Positions 22,231-31,804 of a stretch of DNA of 64,000 nt are shown here, in pieces (position 1 is the stretch's first letter; each line of letters starts with the position of its first letter). The notes beneath the pieces were generated by a model that saw only the letters and a program-made list of their open reading frames with translations, did not search any database and was not told the DNA's origin. Source of the stretch: Microcystaceae cyanobacterium (GTDB lineage Bacteria; Cyanobacteriota; Cyanobacteriia; Cyanobacteriales; Microcystaceae); the NCBI GenBank assembly GCA_041746575.1, contig JBGTGT010000116.1:14174-78173 (forward strand). Reading direction: 5' to 3'. A program made the position numbers and the translations under genes.

Positions 22231-22388
22231 TTTTAATTTTGCAGTATTCTCTTAATTTATCCCCTGATTGTGAATCCCTTGTCAACGGGAAGCATCCGTG
22301 TTTCCTTATTATTTTGTAACGTTTTGCTTTTCTCGGTTAAAGGTCAATCGCTATAATCATCTAGATAACGATTCAGGAAGCATCAATT

Positions 22389-22949
22389 ATGGAAGCCTAT
22401 TTTTGGTTTAAAGCATTTCATCTGATTGGGGTTGTGGTTTGGTTTGCTGGCCTATTTTATCTCGTCCGCTTATTTGTTTATCATGCCGAAGCCTCTCAAG
22501 AATCAGAACCGGCACAAACCATTTTAAAAAAACAATATCAAATCATGGAAAAACGTCTCTATGATATTATTACTACCCCCGGTATGATTGTCACGGTTGC
22601 CATGGCTGTTGGCTTAATTTCCACTGAACCTGATATTTTAAAATCGGGTTGGTTGCACATCAAATTGGCATTTGTTGCGGTGCTTCTCCTCTATCATTTT
22701 TATTGTGGACGTCTGATGAAGCAGTTGGCAAAAGATGAATGTTCTTGGACAGGACAACAATTTCGCGCCTTAAATGAAGCCCCGACCCTTCTTTTAGTGG
22801 TTATTGTCATGTTAGCGGTCTTTAAAAATAATTTTCCTGTAAATTTAACCACATGGCTGATTGTCGCCCTAGTGGTTTTCATGGCGGCTTCTATCCAACT
22901 TTATGCCCGAAAACGCCGACTTGATCAAGAAAAATTAACTGAAGTTTAA
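22389..22949 (+). CDS. hemJ: Protoporphyrinogen IX oxidase HemJ
   Basis: KAFHLIGVVVWFAGLFYLVRLFVYHAE and FRALNEAPT motifs. Confidence 0.96.
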   Translation: MEAYFWFKAFHLIGVVVWFAGLFYLVRLFVYHAEASQESEPAQTILKKQYQIMEKRLYDIITTPGMIVTVAMAVGLISTEPDILKSGWLHIKLAFVAVLLLYHFYCGRLMKQLAKDECSWTGQQFRALNEAPTLLLVVIVMLAVFKNNFPVNLTTWLIVALVVFMAASIQLYARKRRLDQEKLTEV

Positions 22950-23005
22950 TGGGTTTCTAGACCATTATTCATTATTGAACAATTATCTTTTCATCAAATA
23001 AACGA

Positions 23006-23275
23006 ATGACAAAATACATTTTACTGGGTAGTTATTGCGAAAATGCTTTAGAAAAACGAACCCCTTATCGCCAAGACCATTTAGACGGGTTAGCTAAACA
23101 AAAAAAACAAGGTATTTTAATCACTCTTGGCCCTACAAAAGATAATACGAAAGTCTTTGGTATTTATGAAGCTGAAACCGGAGAAATCGTCCGTCAATTG
23201 GTTGAAAGTGATCCCTATTGGCAAAATGGAATCTGGACAGATTATGAGATTAAAGAGTGGATTCAAGCGTTTTAA
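23006..23275 (+). CDS. YciI family protein
   Basis: RTPYRQDHL and DPYWQNGIW motifs. Confidence 0.88.
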   Translation: MTKYILLGSYCENALEKRTPYRQDHLDGLAKQKKQGILITLGPTKDNTKVFGIYEAETGEIVRQLVESDPYWQNGIWTDYEIKEWIQAF

Positions 23276-23411
23276 ACCTCGCCATTTTGAACCCAGTATC
23301 GCTTTAGGTAGATGATGATAATTGACTTTAAAAATTTCAATTTATCAAACCCCAAAATAGCGAAAGGTGGGCAAAAATACCCACCTGATACAATTACAAT
23401 CAATTGACGAT

Positions 23412-24302
23412 TTAGCGTCTTCTACGGAAACCGCCAGAACTCGGACGGGAGAAAGAACGAGAAGGACGACTACTACCGAATCCGGTGTTACTTTTTGGAC
23501 GACTATAGTTAGAATTGCCCGAATTTCTCAGTTTGCTATTGCCAAACCCTGACCCTGTTGATTTATTAGTTTTAGAACTATTAGGGCGGCTGTTAGCGGT
23601 ACTGGCAGGATTACGACGAATGTTACCCGTTGTTCTTAAGTTTTGACGATTTTTAACAACAGGGGGCGGAGAATTGTACTTAGAACGATAACTATTAATA
23701 GCACCGTCATAGGTTCGTCCATAGCCGCCATAACCTGTCATCACCCCACCCGGACGATAAATAGGGGGAACATAATAGTGAGGCGTAAAGAGAAGACTTC
23801 CTATAGCTTGTCCTGCTAATGCTCCCGCAAAAGGCGACCAAAAGTTAGATTCTCGGCGAACAATGACCGTTTCAGGCTGTCCTGTTTGGGGATTGGTTTG
23901 GTTTTCGGTGACGGCATGAACGTATTCAATCTTAAAATCTTCTGTGAGGTACATAATTGCCTCATTTCCGTCAATTTCTACGGCGGTTTGTTCTCCTTTG
24001 CCCAATTGCTCTTCTGTTAAGCGCGCCATTTGCAGTTTATCGGTTTTATAAACAGGAGGAACACCTGCAGGCGTGTTGAGTAACATCAAAGTGTAAACCC
24101 CATCCACGTCATTATATTCCGCTTGTTGAACGGGATAGCGGCCACTTTTGACCTGATTAATCGATTGGGAAACGTTATTTGTAAAGTTACCTTGAGAGGG
24201 GGCAGTTGGCGCAGAACTACAGGCTACGGTTGTCCAACTGAGGCTTAAAATCATCAGAAAGACACTTAGTTTTTTTAACACGGCTTTTAGAGATACATTC
24301 AT
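23412..24302 (-). CDS. Conserved lipoprotein with Arg/Ser/Gly-rich C-terminal tail
   Basis: Lipobox TTVAC; low-complexity tail ending GFGSSRPSRSFSRPSSGGFRRRR. Confidence 0.75.
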   Translation of the reverse strand: MNVSLKAVLKKLSVFLMILSLSWTTVACSSAPTAPSQGNFTNNVSQSINQVKSGRYPVQQAEYNDVDGVYTLMLLNTPAGVPPVYKTDKLQMARLTEEQLGKGEQTAVEIDGNEAIMYLTEDFKIEYVHAVTENQTNPQTGQPETVIVRRESNFWSPFAGALAGQAIGSLLFTPHYYVPPIYRPGGVMTGYGGYGRTYDGAINSYRSKYNSPPPVVKNRQNLRTTGNIRRNPASTANSRPNSSKTNKSTGSGFGNSKLRNSGNSNYSRPKSNTGFGSSRPSRSFSRPSSGGFRRRR

Positions 24303-24323
24303 ACAAAGACAAGCAAAATGAGT

Positions 24324-24926
24324 TTACAAAGGAATCAATTCAGGAAAATTAATTAAAAGCTGTTCATCTGTTAGTATATCGCCAAATTGAGCAGGAGAAA
24401 AGTGAATTTGAATTGCTTCTAATTTACCTTGGTAATGCAAATTAATGAGGGCTTTCAGTCCTTCATTTAAGGATTCAAAATCCGCTAAATTGGTTTCTAA
24501 TTCAGGAGCTTCTCCGGTATAAGCCACTGTGATCATAACAATTATATTTGGGGTAATGGGTAAGGATAAAGGCGTATTTTCTACCCTTGTACTTTCCTGC
24601 CAATCAGGTTCACTCAAATACCGTTGAGCTGAATCTGTAAAAAGTTCGGTGACATAATCCCCTGCCATGCCTTCATCCCAAAATACATCTCCTTCATTAG
24701 CCACAGAACGCCAATCATATTTCATTTCAATAATTTTTTGGCAAATGGAGACTAAACCTTCCCCTAATACCTCGAAATCCTCTGAATGATCTACTGCTTC
24801 TCGCGCTTTCTGGTTAAGAACCCCTATTAAGGGGGCAACATTCTCCCCACCCAGATGGATAAAGAGTCGGGAAACCACATAGCGAGTTTTCCCCGTTAAT
24901 TGGTTGAAGCGATCGCGCAGACTCAT
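24324..24926 (-). CDS. DUF1517-like protein
   Basis: Recalled similarity to the DUF1517 C-terminal domain (ending GDILTDEQLLINFPELIPL); 21 bp from the lipoprotein gene. Confidence 0.7.
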   Translation of the reverse strand: MSLRDRFNQLTGKTRYVVSRLFIHLGGENVAPLIGVLNQKAREAVDHSEDFEVLGEGLVSICQKIIEMKYDWRSVANEGDVFWDEGMAGDYVTELFTDSAQRYLSEPDWQESTRVENTPLSLPITPNIIVMITVAYTGEAPELETNLADFESLNEGLKALINLHYQGKLEAIQIHFSPAQFGDILTDEQLLINFPELIPL

Positions 24927-25091
24927 AACAGTGACCCGTAATCAGTGATTAGTAAACAGTTTAACAGTAAAGCGTAAACCGTAATTCGTTTAGTATAGTT
25001 AAGTTAAGTTAGTAACTGTCAATAAACCTAGGATAGATGTCTAAAATTTGACGTCATTGTCATTGAAACTTTATCATTTATAATTCATCCT

Positions 25092-27086
25092 ATGTTCCCT
25101 AACCCTGAAGAATTTAATCATATTGTCCAAAAATGCCAAAGTAGTCTCATTGGCAAACAATTACCCACGGCGTTATATGTTCATCATTCTGTTTTATCTT
25201 ATCTCGACCCTGACTTACAAAAGTATGAACGAAAAGCCCATTTAACGCCAGACATTCAAAAAGCAACGATTATTAAATTTAATACCGATAAACCCCAAAT
25301 TTCTTACTTATTTTATCCTGATTTTGAGAGTAACCCCCATCCCGCTTTAACCTTAAGTATTGTAATTAACCTAGCAACCCATCAAGTTAAAGTTTGGGAT
25401 TATGCAGATAGTGACAATCCGCCCATTTTGCATCGAAAAGAGACATTTATGCGACCCGATTATCCTCAATATTCTCTTTTTAAACATCTCAGTGAGCTTG
25501 AAGAAAAATTAGGATTATTGGACAATTCTCGTCACATTGGTACGCGTCAAGATTGGGAAAAATGTCTCAATCGCTATCATATTACGTTCATTGACCATTA
25601 TTTAGCGTGCCATCTTCCCAATAGCAGAAATCAGCCTTTTATGGTGGAAATTGACCGTCATAAAGCGGCAATTGTTCGGAAAAGTCATTCTCGTCCTGTC
25701 CGTCTCGCTCTCGATGCAGAACTCTTTAATGCTCCTGAAACAACGTTTTTTGACTATGGATGTGGTTACGGGGGAGATATTGAGCGAATAGCAGAAGAAG
25801 GCTATAAAAGTGCGGGATACGATCCCTATTATCGCCCTAATGATCCCTTGATTGCCTCAGATATCGTTAATTTGGGTTATGTTATTAACGTGATTGAAGA
25901 CCTCAAAGAGCGTCGGGAAGCCTTAATCGCCGCTTGGAATCTCACTCAACGTATCTTAATTGTATCGGCTCAGGTGCTAGTAGATGATCGAGTCAGGGGG
26001 TTAGTTGCCTATGGGGATGGCATTATTACCAGTCGCAATACCTTCCAAAAATACTATGAACAAGACGAATTGAAGACTTATATTGATCAAGTGCTTAATG
26101 TTGATTCGATTCCTGCTGGTTTAGGCGTTTATTTCGTTTTTCAAGCTGAAAATGAAGCACAAGCTTTTCGTCTATCTCGTTATCATTCATCTGCAAAAAC
26201 CCCTCGGATTTATCAAATTTTACCTAAATTTGAGGATTACGAACCCTTATTAACTCCTCTGATGCAATTTTATACTGAACGAGGACGACTCCCTATTAAA
26301 GGAGAATTAGCCAATGAAGATGCTCTTAAAGCTGAATTTGGGTCATTTCGTCGTGCTTTTAAAGTAATTCTTACGGTAACAGAGCAAAAGGAGTGGGATG
26401 AAATTTGCGATAAACGCAGTCAGGATATTTTGGTTTATTTAGCTTTAACTCGCTTTAAAGAACGTCCAACTATTAGAAAGCTTCCTGCCGCGCTAAGAGT
26501 TGATATTCGCAGTTTATTTGGCAATTATGCTCAAGCTTGCGCCTTGGCTGATTTTATGTTTTATCATCTTAGTGATCTAAAAAAAATTGAAAAACTTTGT
26601 CTAACGAGTGCTATCGGCAAAAAGCTTAAAGATTCTCTGCTTATTCATATGAGCGCACTAGACCAATTACCCCCACTTTTACGGCTTTATGAAGGCTGTG
26701 CCAGTCAAGGAATCGGACGATTAGAAGATGCCAACGTAGTGCGATTATTTTTTAATCAGCCCAAAATTACTTATCTATATTATCCCAATTTTAATAGTCA
26801 TCCTCATCCAATTTTACGAACGAAAATGACAATTTTTTTGGGAAAACTAACCGTTCATTATCAAGATTATGACGATAAAATTGCCGCTCCTGTTCTTCAC
26901 GAAAAAGACCAACTGGTAAGTCCAGATTATCCATTTTATGAAAAATTTAAAACCTTAAGTCAACAAGAAAGGGAATTAGGATTATTCAAAAACTACCGAG
27001 AAATTAGTCTTCTACAAGGATGGTTAAAACGCTTAGAAGCTTTTGGTATCACTCTAGAAGACCATACCTTAATCAAAAATAATTAA
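25092..27086 (+). CDS. DNA phosphorothioation-associated putative methyltransferase (TIGR04096-like)
   Basis: RHKAAIVR...SRPV, FFDYGCGYGGD SAM motif, VNLGYVINVIE and NTFQKYYEQ motifs. Confidence 0.88.
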   Translation: MFPNPEEFNHIVQKCQSSLIGKQLPTALYVHHSVLSYLDPDLQKYERKAHLTPDIQKATIIKFNTDKPQISYLFYPDFESNPHPALTLSIVINLATHQVKVWDYADSDNPPILHRKETFMRPDYPQYSLFKHLSELEEKLGLLDNSRHIGTRQDWEKCLNRYHITFIDHYLACHLPNSRNQPFMVEIDRHKAAIVRKSHSRPVRLALDAELFNAPETTFFDYGCGYGGDIERIAEEGYKSAGYDPYYRPNDPLIASDIVNLGYVINVIEDLKERREALIAAWNLTQRILIVSAQVLVDDRVRGLVAYGDGIITSRNTFQKYYEQDELKTYIDQVLNVDSIPAGLGVYFVFQAENEAQAFRLSRYHSSAKTPRIYQILPKFEDYEPLLTPLMQFYTERGRLPIKGELANEDALKAEFGSFRRAFKVILTVTEQKEWDEICDKRSQDILVYLALTRFKERPTIRKLPAALRVDIRSLFGNYAQACALADFMFYHLSDLKKIEKLCLTSAIGKKLKDSLLIHMSALDQLPPLLRLYEGCASQGIGRLEDANVVRLFFNQPKITYLYYPNFNSHPHPILRTKMTIFLGKLTVHYQDYDDKIAAPVLHEKDQLVSPDYPFYEKFKTLSQQERELGLFKNYREISLLQGWLKRLEAFGITLEDHTLIKNN

Positions 27087-27346
27087 TGATAAATCTCTAA
27101 CTGAACGTATAATGAAGAATAAAAGGATTTGTGATAACTCGTGGTGTATTATTCAATTTGTCAACCCCCCAAATGGGTAATTCTATCGTTAGTCTAAATA
27201 AATCGTAAAGATTTTCTATGCCTTTATTTTGACCTGTATTTCCACCGCTTAAATAAATTGACGATATGTAAATTTCAATACAGATTAAAACACCATTTTT
27301 AACTAACATCAATAGCAGTATGTATCGTCCCATAAAATAACCCTTA

Positions 27347-27901
27347 ATGTTATTGTCCCTAGAACATTTTATCCCTCCTAAATTAGCCACTGCTCCTACC
27401 TATGCTTTCCAAAAACTGCCCAATTTAGTCTTGCGTCGCATTCCTTTAGACTGTAATACCTATTTTGAAGTTTGGTCACCCCGTTCAAGCGCGACGCTCA
27501 ATCCTGATGAAGTTAGCCTATTAAAATCAGATAGATTGCGTTTAGAAGTCATTTGCACGAAGTTAATTTGGTTATTGGGAGCAACGTGCTACGAAAGCCA
27601 AAATTATTTATTAGAGTCGGGAAAACAGCTAACTGATTGGGAAGAGGTCGGAGATTATGCTTCTCGCTATCATTTTTGTCCCGATGTCATTGATATTATT
27701 TATTCACCTCAGATTATTCGCCCTCAGTATAATCGAGTGACGCAACAACCCACCCATTGGATTATTGAACCGCCCTGTTGGGAAATTTGCTTGTTACGTT
27801 TAAAGCCAATGGAAAACGGATGGATAGCGGAGGAAAGAAACCCTGAACTTTCTATTTTAGTTTGGACAGGGAAACCGATTAAGAAAGCAAGAATGATCTA
27901 A
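27347..27901 (+). CDS. Hypothetical protein
   Basis: 184-aa ORF filling the gap between genes; no motif recognised. Confidence 0.65.
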   Translation: MLLSLEHFIPPKLATAPTYAFQKLPNLVLRRIPLDCNTYFEVWSPRSSATLNPDEVSLLKSDRLRLEVICTKLIWLLGATCYESQNYLLESGKQLTDWEEVGDYASRYHFCPDVIDIIYSPQIIRPQYNRVTQQPTHWIIEPPCWEICLLRLKPMENGWIAEERNPELSILVWTGKPIKKARMI

Positions 27902-27939
27902 GAATTCAAGAGATATCTCGTCATCAACCGAAGCAAATA

Positions 27940-29016
27940 TCAATCATCCATTTGCCAAGGCTCAAGTAAATTATTTTCATCAAAAATACGCTTAGGACGA
28001 ACAATCACAACAACTTGACCCAAAATTGGCTCAGAAGGCGACTCTTCCCACCATTTAATCCCTAATTCTTCTCCTTGCTTAATTAGGTAATAATAATTTA
28101 CATCATGATCCTTAACGGCGCGATCAATCACCACTAATACCTCTTCCTGTTGCTGATGAGGAAAATTCGGTAAATACTCACCTCTGCAAAGAATCGCCAC
28201 GGGATCTTGCGCTTTTAAGACAGATTGCCATCCTGGTAGCGGCAAAGCTTTTAATTCTGTCGTAATTTCCACAAAACGAAACGGTTCAACCACAGCCAAA
28301 GCAGGAATACTTAAAAAAATGTGAGACAAGAGGGGAAAAGTCCCTGCTAAGGGAACAATGCGTGCTAATTCTTCCTCCGCCTCTAGACGATGAATCGGTA
28401 ATAACGGTGCGCCACGACTGGAAACCAAGGTAAAATCCGTCAATAACTTCTCAAGAGCCGTTCTAGCCGTCGTAGAATGGGCAAATTTTAAGCCTTTGGC
28501 AATTAAACGCGATCGCTCTTGTAAATCTTTTTTTTGTCGTGCCTGTCGCCAACATTGATAGGCCATCACATCGCCAGCATCAGACGTAAATCCGTCAGGA
28601 AAGTGAGATAAGCGAGAAAATTCTTGAATTGCTTTAGCTACCTCTTTGGCACTATCAAACTCAAGGTTCTTCTCATAACAGAGCCGTGCCGCCTCCAAAC
28701 GTTGATCTTGATTAAGGATGCGTAATTCATAGAGAATATCACTTTTCGGACCTTGGAAATAGCGTAACAGGGTTTCTTCCCCTTGCCCTTGACTTAAACT
28801 GTCATAGACTTGTGAGGCAACGATGATTAAATTCTGCTGACTGCTTTGAAATCCCGTCTCTTCAAAAAGTTTTTGTGGAGGATAACCGGCTTTGTGTAAG
28901 GTTTGACACGCTTTTCCCCAATCTATCCACGAGCCTTCCTTATGGAGGAGCGATCGCAACAGATCATTAATCATTTCCTCAGAGAGGGGAACCGGAACAT
29001 CTGACGGATTAGTCAT
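27940..29016 (-). CDS. raf1: RuBisCO accumulation factor 1
   Basis: HKEGSWIDWG, IIVASQVYDSL, LYELRIL and the C-terminal WQMDD tail. Confidence 0.95.
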   Translation of the reverse strand: MTNPSDVPVPLSEEMINDLLRSLLHKEGSWIDWGKACQTLHKAGYPPQKLFEETGFQSSQQNLIIVASQVYDSLSQGQGEETLLRYFQGPKSDILYELRILNQDQRLEAARLCYEKNLEFDSAKEVAKAIQEFSRLSHFPDGFTSDAGDVMAYQCWRQARQKKDLQERSRLIAKGLKFAHSTTARTALEKLLTDFTLVSSRGAPLLPIHRLEAEEELARIVPLAGTFPLLSHIFLSIPALAVVEPFRFVEITTELKALPLPGWQSVLKAQDPVAILCRGEYLPNFPHQQQEEVLVVIDRAVKDHDVNYYYLIKQGEELGIKWWEESPSEPILGQVVVIVRPKRIFDENNLLEPWQMDD

Positions 29017-29315
29017 GAATCGCTCAACGATAAAGAATTAACTCTTTCCATTTTTTCTAAATTTCTGGGAAAAGTCGGGTTTTTCTTAAGAAAAATTTAC
29101 AAAACAATTCGCAGTACCTGTTTTCTTTTTAGCCATGCGCCTCAGGTTTGAGCCACAACCCATCCTGTCATCTCAAGGCATTCTCGACTAGACTAGAAAG
29201 AGAAGAATTATCCATGTCTGATCGTGGATTGCTAACAAGATTCAAACCGCATCATTACCCTAAGCCTTATCGTCATTACTCACGATTCAACTTAGAAGGA
29301 GTGCTATCAGGGACT

Positions 29316-30497
29316 ATGAGGGGAACGCTCAGTGAAATAGATATTCGTAGCATTTTTCAATTAATCGCTTTAGGACAGCGTACAGGAGAGCTTTTTATAG
29401 AAGCCTATCCTCCTGTATCCCCGAATGCTCATTTAGAAGCCCCCACCCCCGTTTTGCCTTATCCTTACGGAAGCCATCCTTTCTGGTTTGTCTTTTTCGT
29501 CAATGGTCAAATGGTCTATACCGCCGATCATACCAATGGGCGACTGGGACGGCTAAAAGATTACTTGCGCCGTTATGAAGTTGAACCTGCCCTGAAAAAT
29601 CTCTCTCTTTCCGAAATTGCCACTACGAATGATCCCGAATATGCTTATTTATGGTGGCTTTTAGCCCAAAAAAAGCTAACGCCCGCCCAAGCCCGTAAAA
29701 TTATCGAGAACATGGTACAAGAAACCCTCTTTGATTTACTGAGCTTGCATAATGGAGCATTTGTCTTTGAAACCGGCTTAGCCTTAGCCCCACAGTTAAT
29801 TACCTTACCCGTTGCACCGTTAATCACAAAAATGATGAAGCAACTGCAACAGTGGAAAGCTTTTTATCCCCATATTCAACTGCCGCAACAAAGTCTGCAC
29901 ATTAGTCATCCCCTTGCCCTTCAGAACGCTTTACCCGAGAAAGCCTATCAAAGTTTAGCTTACTGGGCAGACGGCAAAACCACCCTACGACAATTATCCC
30001 GTTATCTCAATCGGGATCTCCTATCCTTAGCTAAAGGAATCTATCCTTATGTAGAACGAGGATGGATTCATTTGGTGAATGAGGATTCAACCCACCGCCC
30101 CGAAGAATCACCTTTGCCCGAAAACGAGGAAACTTCGCCACCGAAGATTGTTTGTATTGATGACGATCTCACCGTTGGACGCAAAATTAAAGCGATTTTG
30201 AGCGAAAAAGGCTATCAAGTGACAGTAATGAGCGATCCCCTCGATGCTCTCACCCAACTCTTTTACCTAAAACCCGATTTAATTTTATGCGACATTGCCA
30301 TGCCAAAACTCGATGGCTATGAACTCTGTGCCATGATCCGTCATTCCCGTGCCTTTCGGCAAACCCCTTTGATCATGTTAACCGGAAGAGATGCCTTTAT
30401 GGATCGCGTTAGAGCAAGGGTAGCAGGGGCAACCGATTATCTCACTAAACCCTTCGGCGAACAAGAATTGCTGTTACTCCTAGAGCAATATCAGTAA
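29316..30497 (+). CDS. pilG: PatA-family response regulator (PATAN + receiver) of the pilGHIJ/tax3-type chemosensory locus
   Basis: MRGTLSEIDIRSI PATAN start at ATG 29316; C-terminal receiver (CIDDD, LCDIAMP, KPF). Confidence 0.85.
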   Translation: MRGTLSEIDIRSIFQLIALGQRTGELFIEAYPPVSPNAHLEAPTPVLPYPYGSHPFWFVFFVNGQMVYTADHTNGRLGRLKDYLRRYEVEPALKNLSLSEIATTNDPEYAYLWWLLAQKKLTPAQARKIIENMVQETLFDLLSLHNGAFVFETGLALAPQLITLPVAPLITKMMKQLQQWKAFYPHIQLPQQSLHISHPLALQNALPEKAYQSLAYWADGKTTLRQLSRYLNRDLLSLAKGIYPYVERGWIHLVNEDSTHRPEESPLPENEETSPPKIVCIDDDLTVGRKIKAILSEKGYQVTVMSDPLDALTQLFYLKPDLILCDIAMPKLDGYELCAMIRHSRAFRQTPLIMLTGRDAFMDRVRARVAGATDYLTKPFGEQELLLLLEQYQ

Positions 30498-30715
30498 AAT
30501 CCTCTCCCTTAACCCCCTTAGGAGAGCCTTGAATCTCCGAATTGCGGATATAAATCTTTAAATTGCTCAAAGTTAAAGTTTAAGTGTTGTAAGGGAATCC
30601 TATTAGAATGAACAAAGGCCAAATCTTTTAATTATCATAGAAAGTATAGGCTTCGTCCAGAATAGCGAATTCTCTCTCACTCTCATTGCCCCTCTTGCAG
30701 AACAGGTAAAAAGAT

Positions 30716-31081
30716 ATGAACGAAGTATTGGTGGTAGAAGACAGTATTCCTCAACGGGAAATGATCTCCGATCTTTTACAAAATAGCGGATTAAAAGTCA
30801 TTATTGCCTCTGATGGAATAGAAGCCTTGGAACAGATTCAGCAATCAAACCCTGATTTAATTGTTCTCGATATTGTGATGCCCCGCATGAATGGATACGA
30901 GGTGTGCCGCCGCTTAAAACAAGATCCGAAAACCCGCCATGTGCCTGTGGTCATGTGTTCCTCAAAAAGGGAAGAATTTGATCGTTACTGGGGGATGAAA
31001 CAAGGAGCCGATGCTTATATTGCGAAACCCTTTCAACCGATTGAATTAATCGGCACGATTAAGCAATTACTAAGGGGGTAA
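30716..31081 (+). CDS. pilH: CheY-like single-domain response regulator
   Basis: Receiver-only protein (VVEDS, LDIVMP, DRYWGMKQGADAYIAKPF). Confidence 0.88.
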   Translation: MNEVLVVEDSIPQREMISDLLQNSGLKVIIASDGIEALEQIQQSNPDLIVLDIVMPRMNGYEVCRRLKQDPKTRHVPVVMCSSKREEFDRYWGMKQGADAYIAKPFQPIELIGTIKQLLRG

Positions 31082-31162
31082 AGCAGTATTTTTTTTCGTT
31101 AATTATCGGAAAAGCTTAAAACATCCGATCTGGAGACAATTTATACTATCGAATACTCAGCT

Positions 31163-31699
31163 ATGGTCGGCAACACGGAGTTTTTTACCACGAATAATCA
31201 GGCGGTCGCCCCAGAAATGCAAGACCTGCAAACCCCGGAAGGGGAACTGCATTTGCGTTTCTATTTGCCTGAAGGCGACGAATTTGCCTTACCGGCGACT
31301 GCCATTCGGGAAGTCGTTCAACAAGCCCCTGATCGGATTACCCCCATTCCCAATGCTTCTCCTCTCCTACTGGGAACGATGAATTTACGGGGTCAAGTCG
31401 TTTGGGTGGCTGATTTAGGGCAATTTTTAGAAAATCCCACTGCCCTTAACACCGATCGCGCCGAACTGCCTGTGATTGCTGTTGAAACGGAGGACAGCAT
31501 TTTAGGATTAGCGGTTGATCGTTTAGGGGAAATGGAATGGTTAGACATCAATCAACTACAACTGTCCAACAGTCTGCCCGACCATATTGCCCCCTATGTT
31601 CAAGGGGAATGGGTCTTGGGGAGCGAAGATGATCATCAGCAAATGTTGCGGCTACTTGACCACGTAGCTATTTTACGGTCGGCTCGATGGGTAACCTAA
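31163..31699 (+). CDS. pilI: CheW-like coupling protein
   Basis: ITPIPNASPLLLGTMNLRGQVVWVADL and LGLAVDRL motifs. Confidence 0.88.
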   Translation: MVGNTEFFTTNNQAVAPEMQDLQTPEGELHLRFYLPEGDEFALPATAIREVVQQAPDRITPIPNASPLLLGTMNLRGQVVWVADLGQFLENPTALNTDRAELPVIAVETEDSILGLAVDRLGEMEWLDINQLQLSNSLPDHIAPYVQGEWVLGSEDDHQQMLRLLDHVAILRSARWVT

Positions 31700-31804
31700 G
31701 GCTAATGGGTAACCTAATAACATAAAGGGCAGGGATCACAATCACGACGCTTGCTCACTCACACCACCGAAGACCCATGATTCACCATTAGGAGGGAGAT
31801 TAGC

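Noticed and set aside
24927..25010. Degenerate short GTAA(A/T)C-type tandem repeats upstream of the DUF1517-like gene
   Set aside because: Too short and irregular; resembles common cyanobacterial intergenic heptamer repeats.
27097..27390. Minus-strand 97-aa ORF
   Set aside because: AT-rich, overlaps the start of the + strand gene and has no motif; probably spurious.
29148..29315. N-terminal extension on the PatA-family regulator
   Set aside because: Artefact of the ORF caller using an upstream TTG; the family-typical start is ATG 29316.
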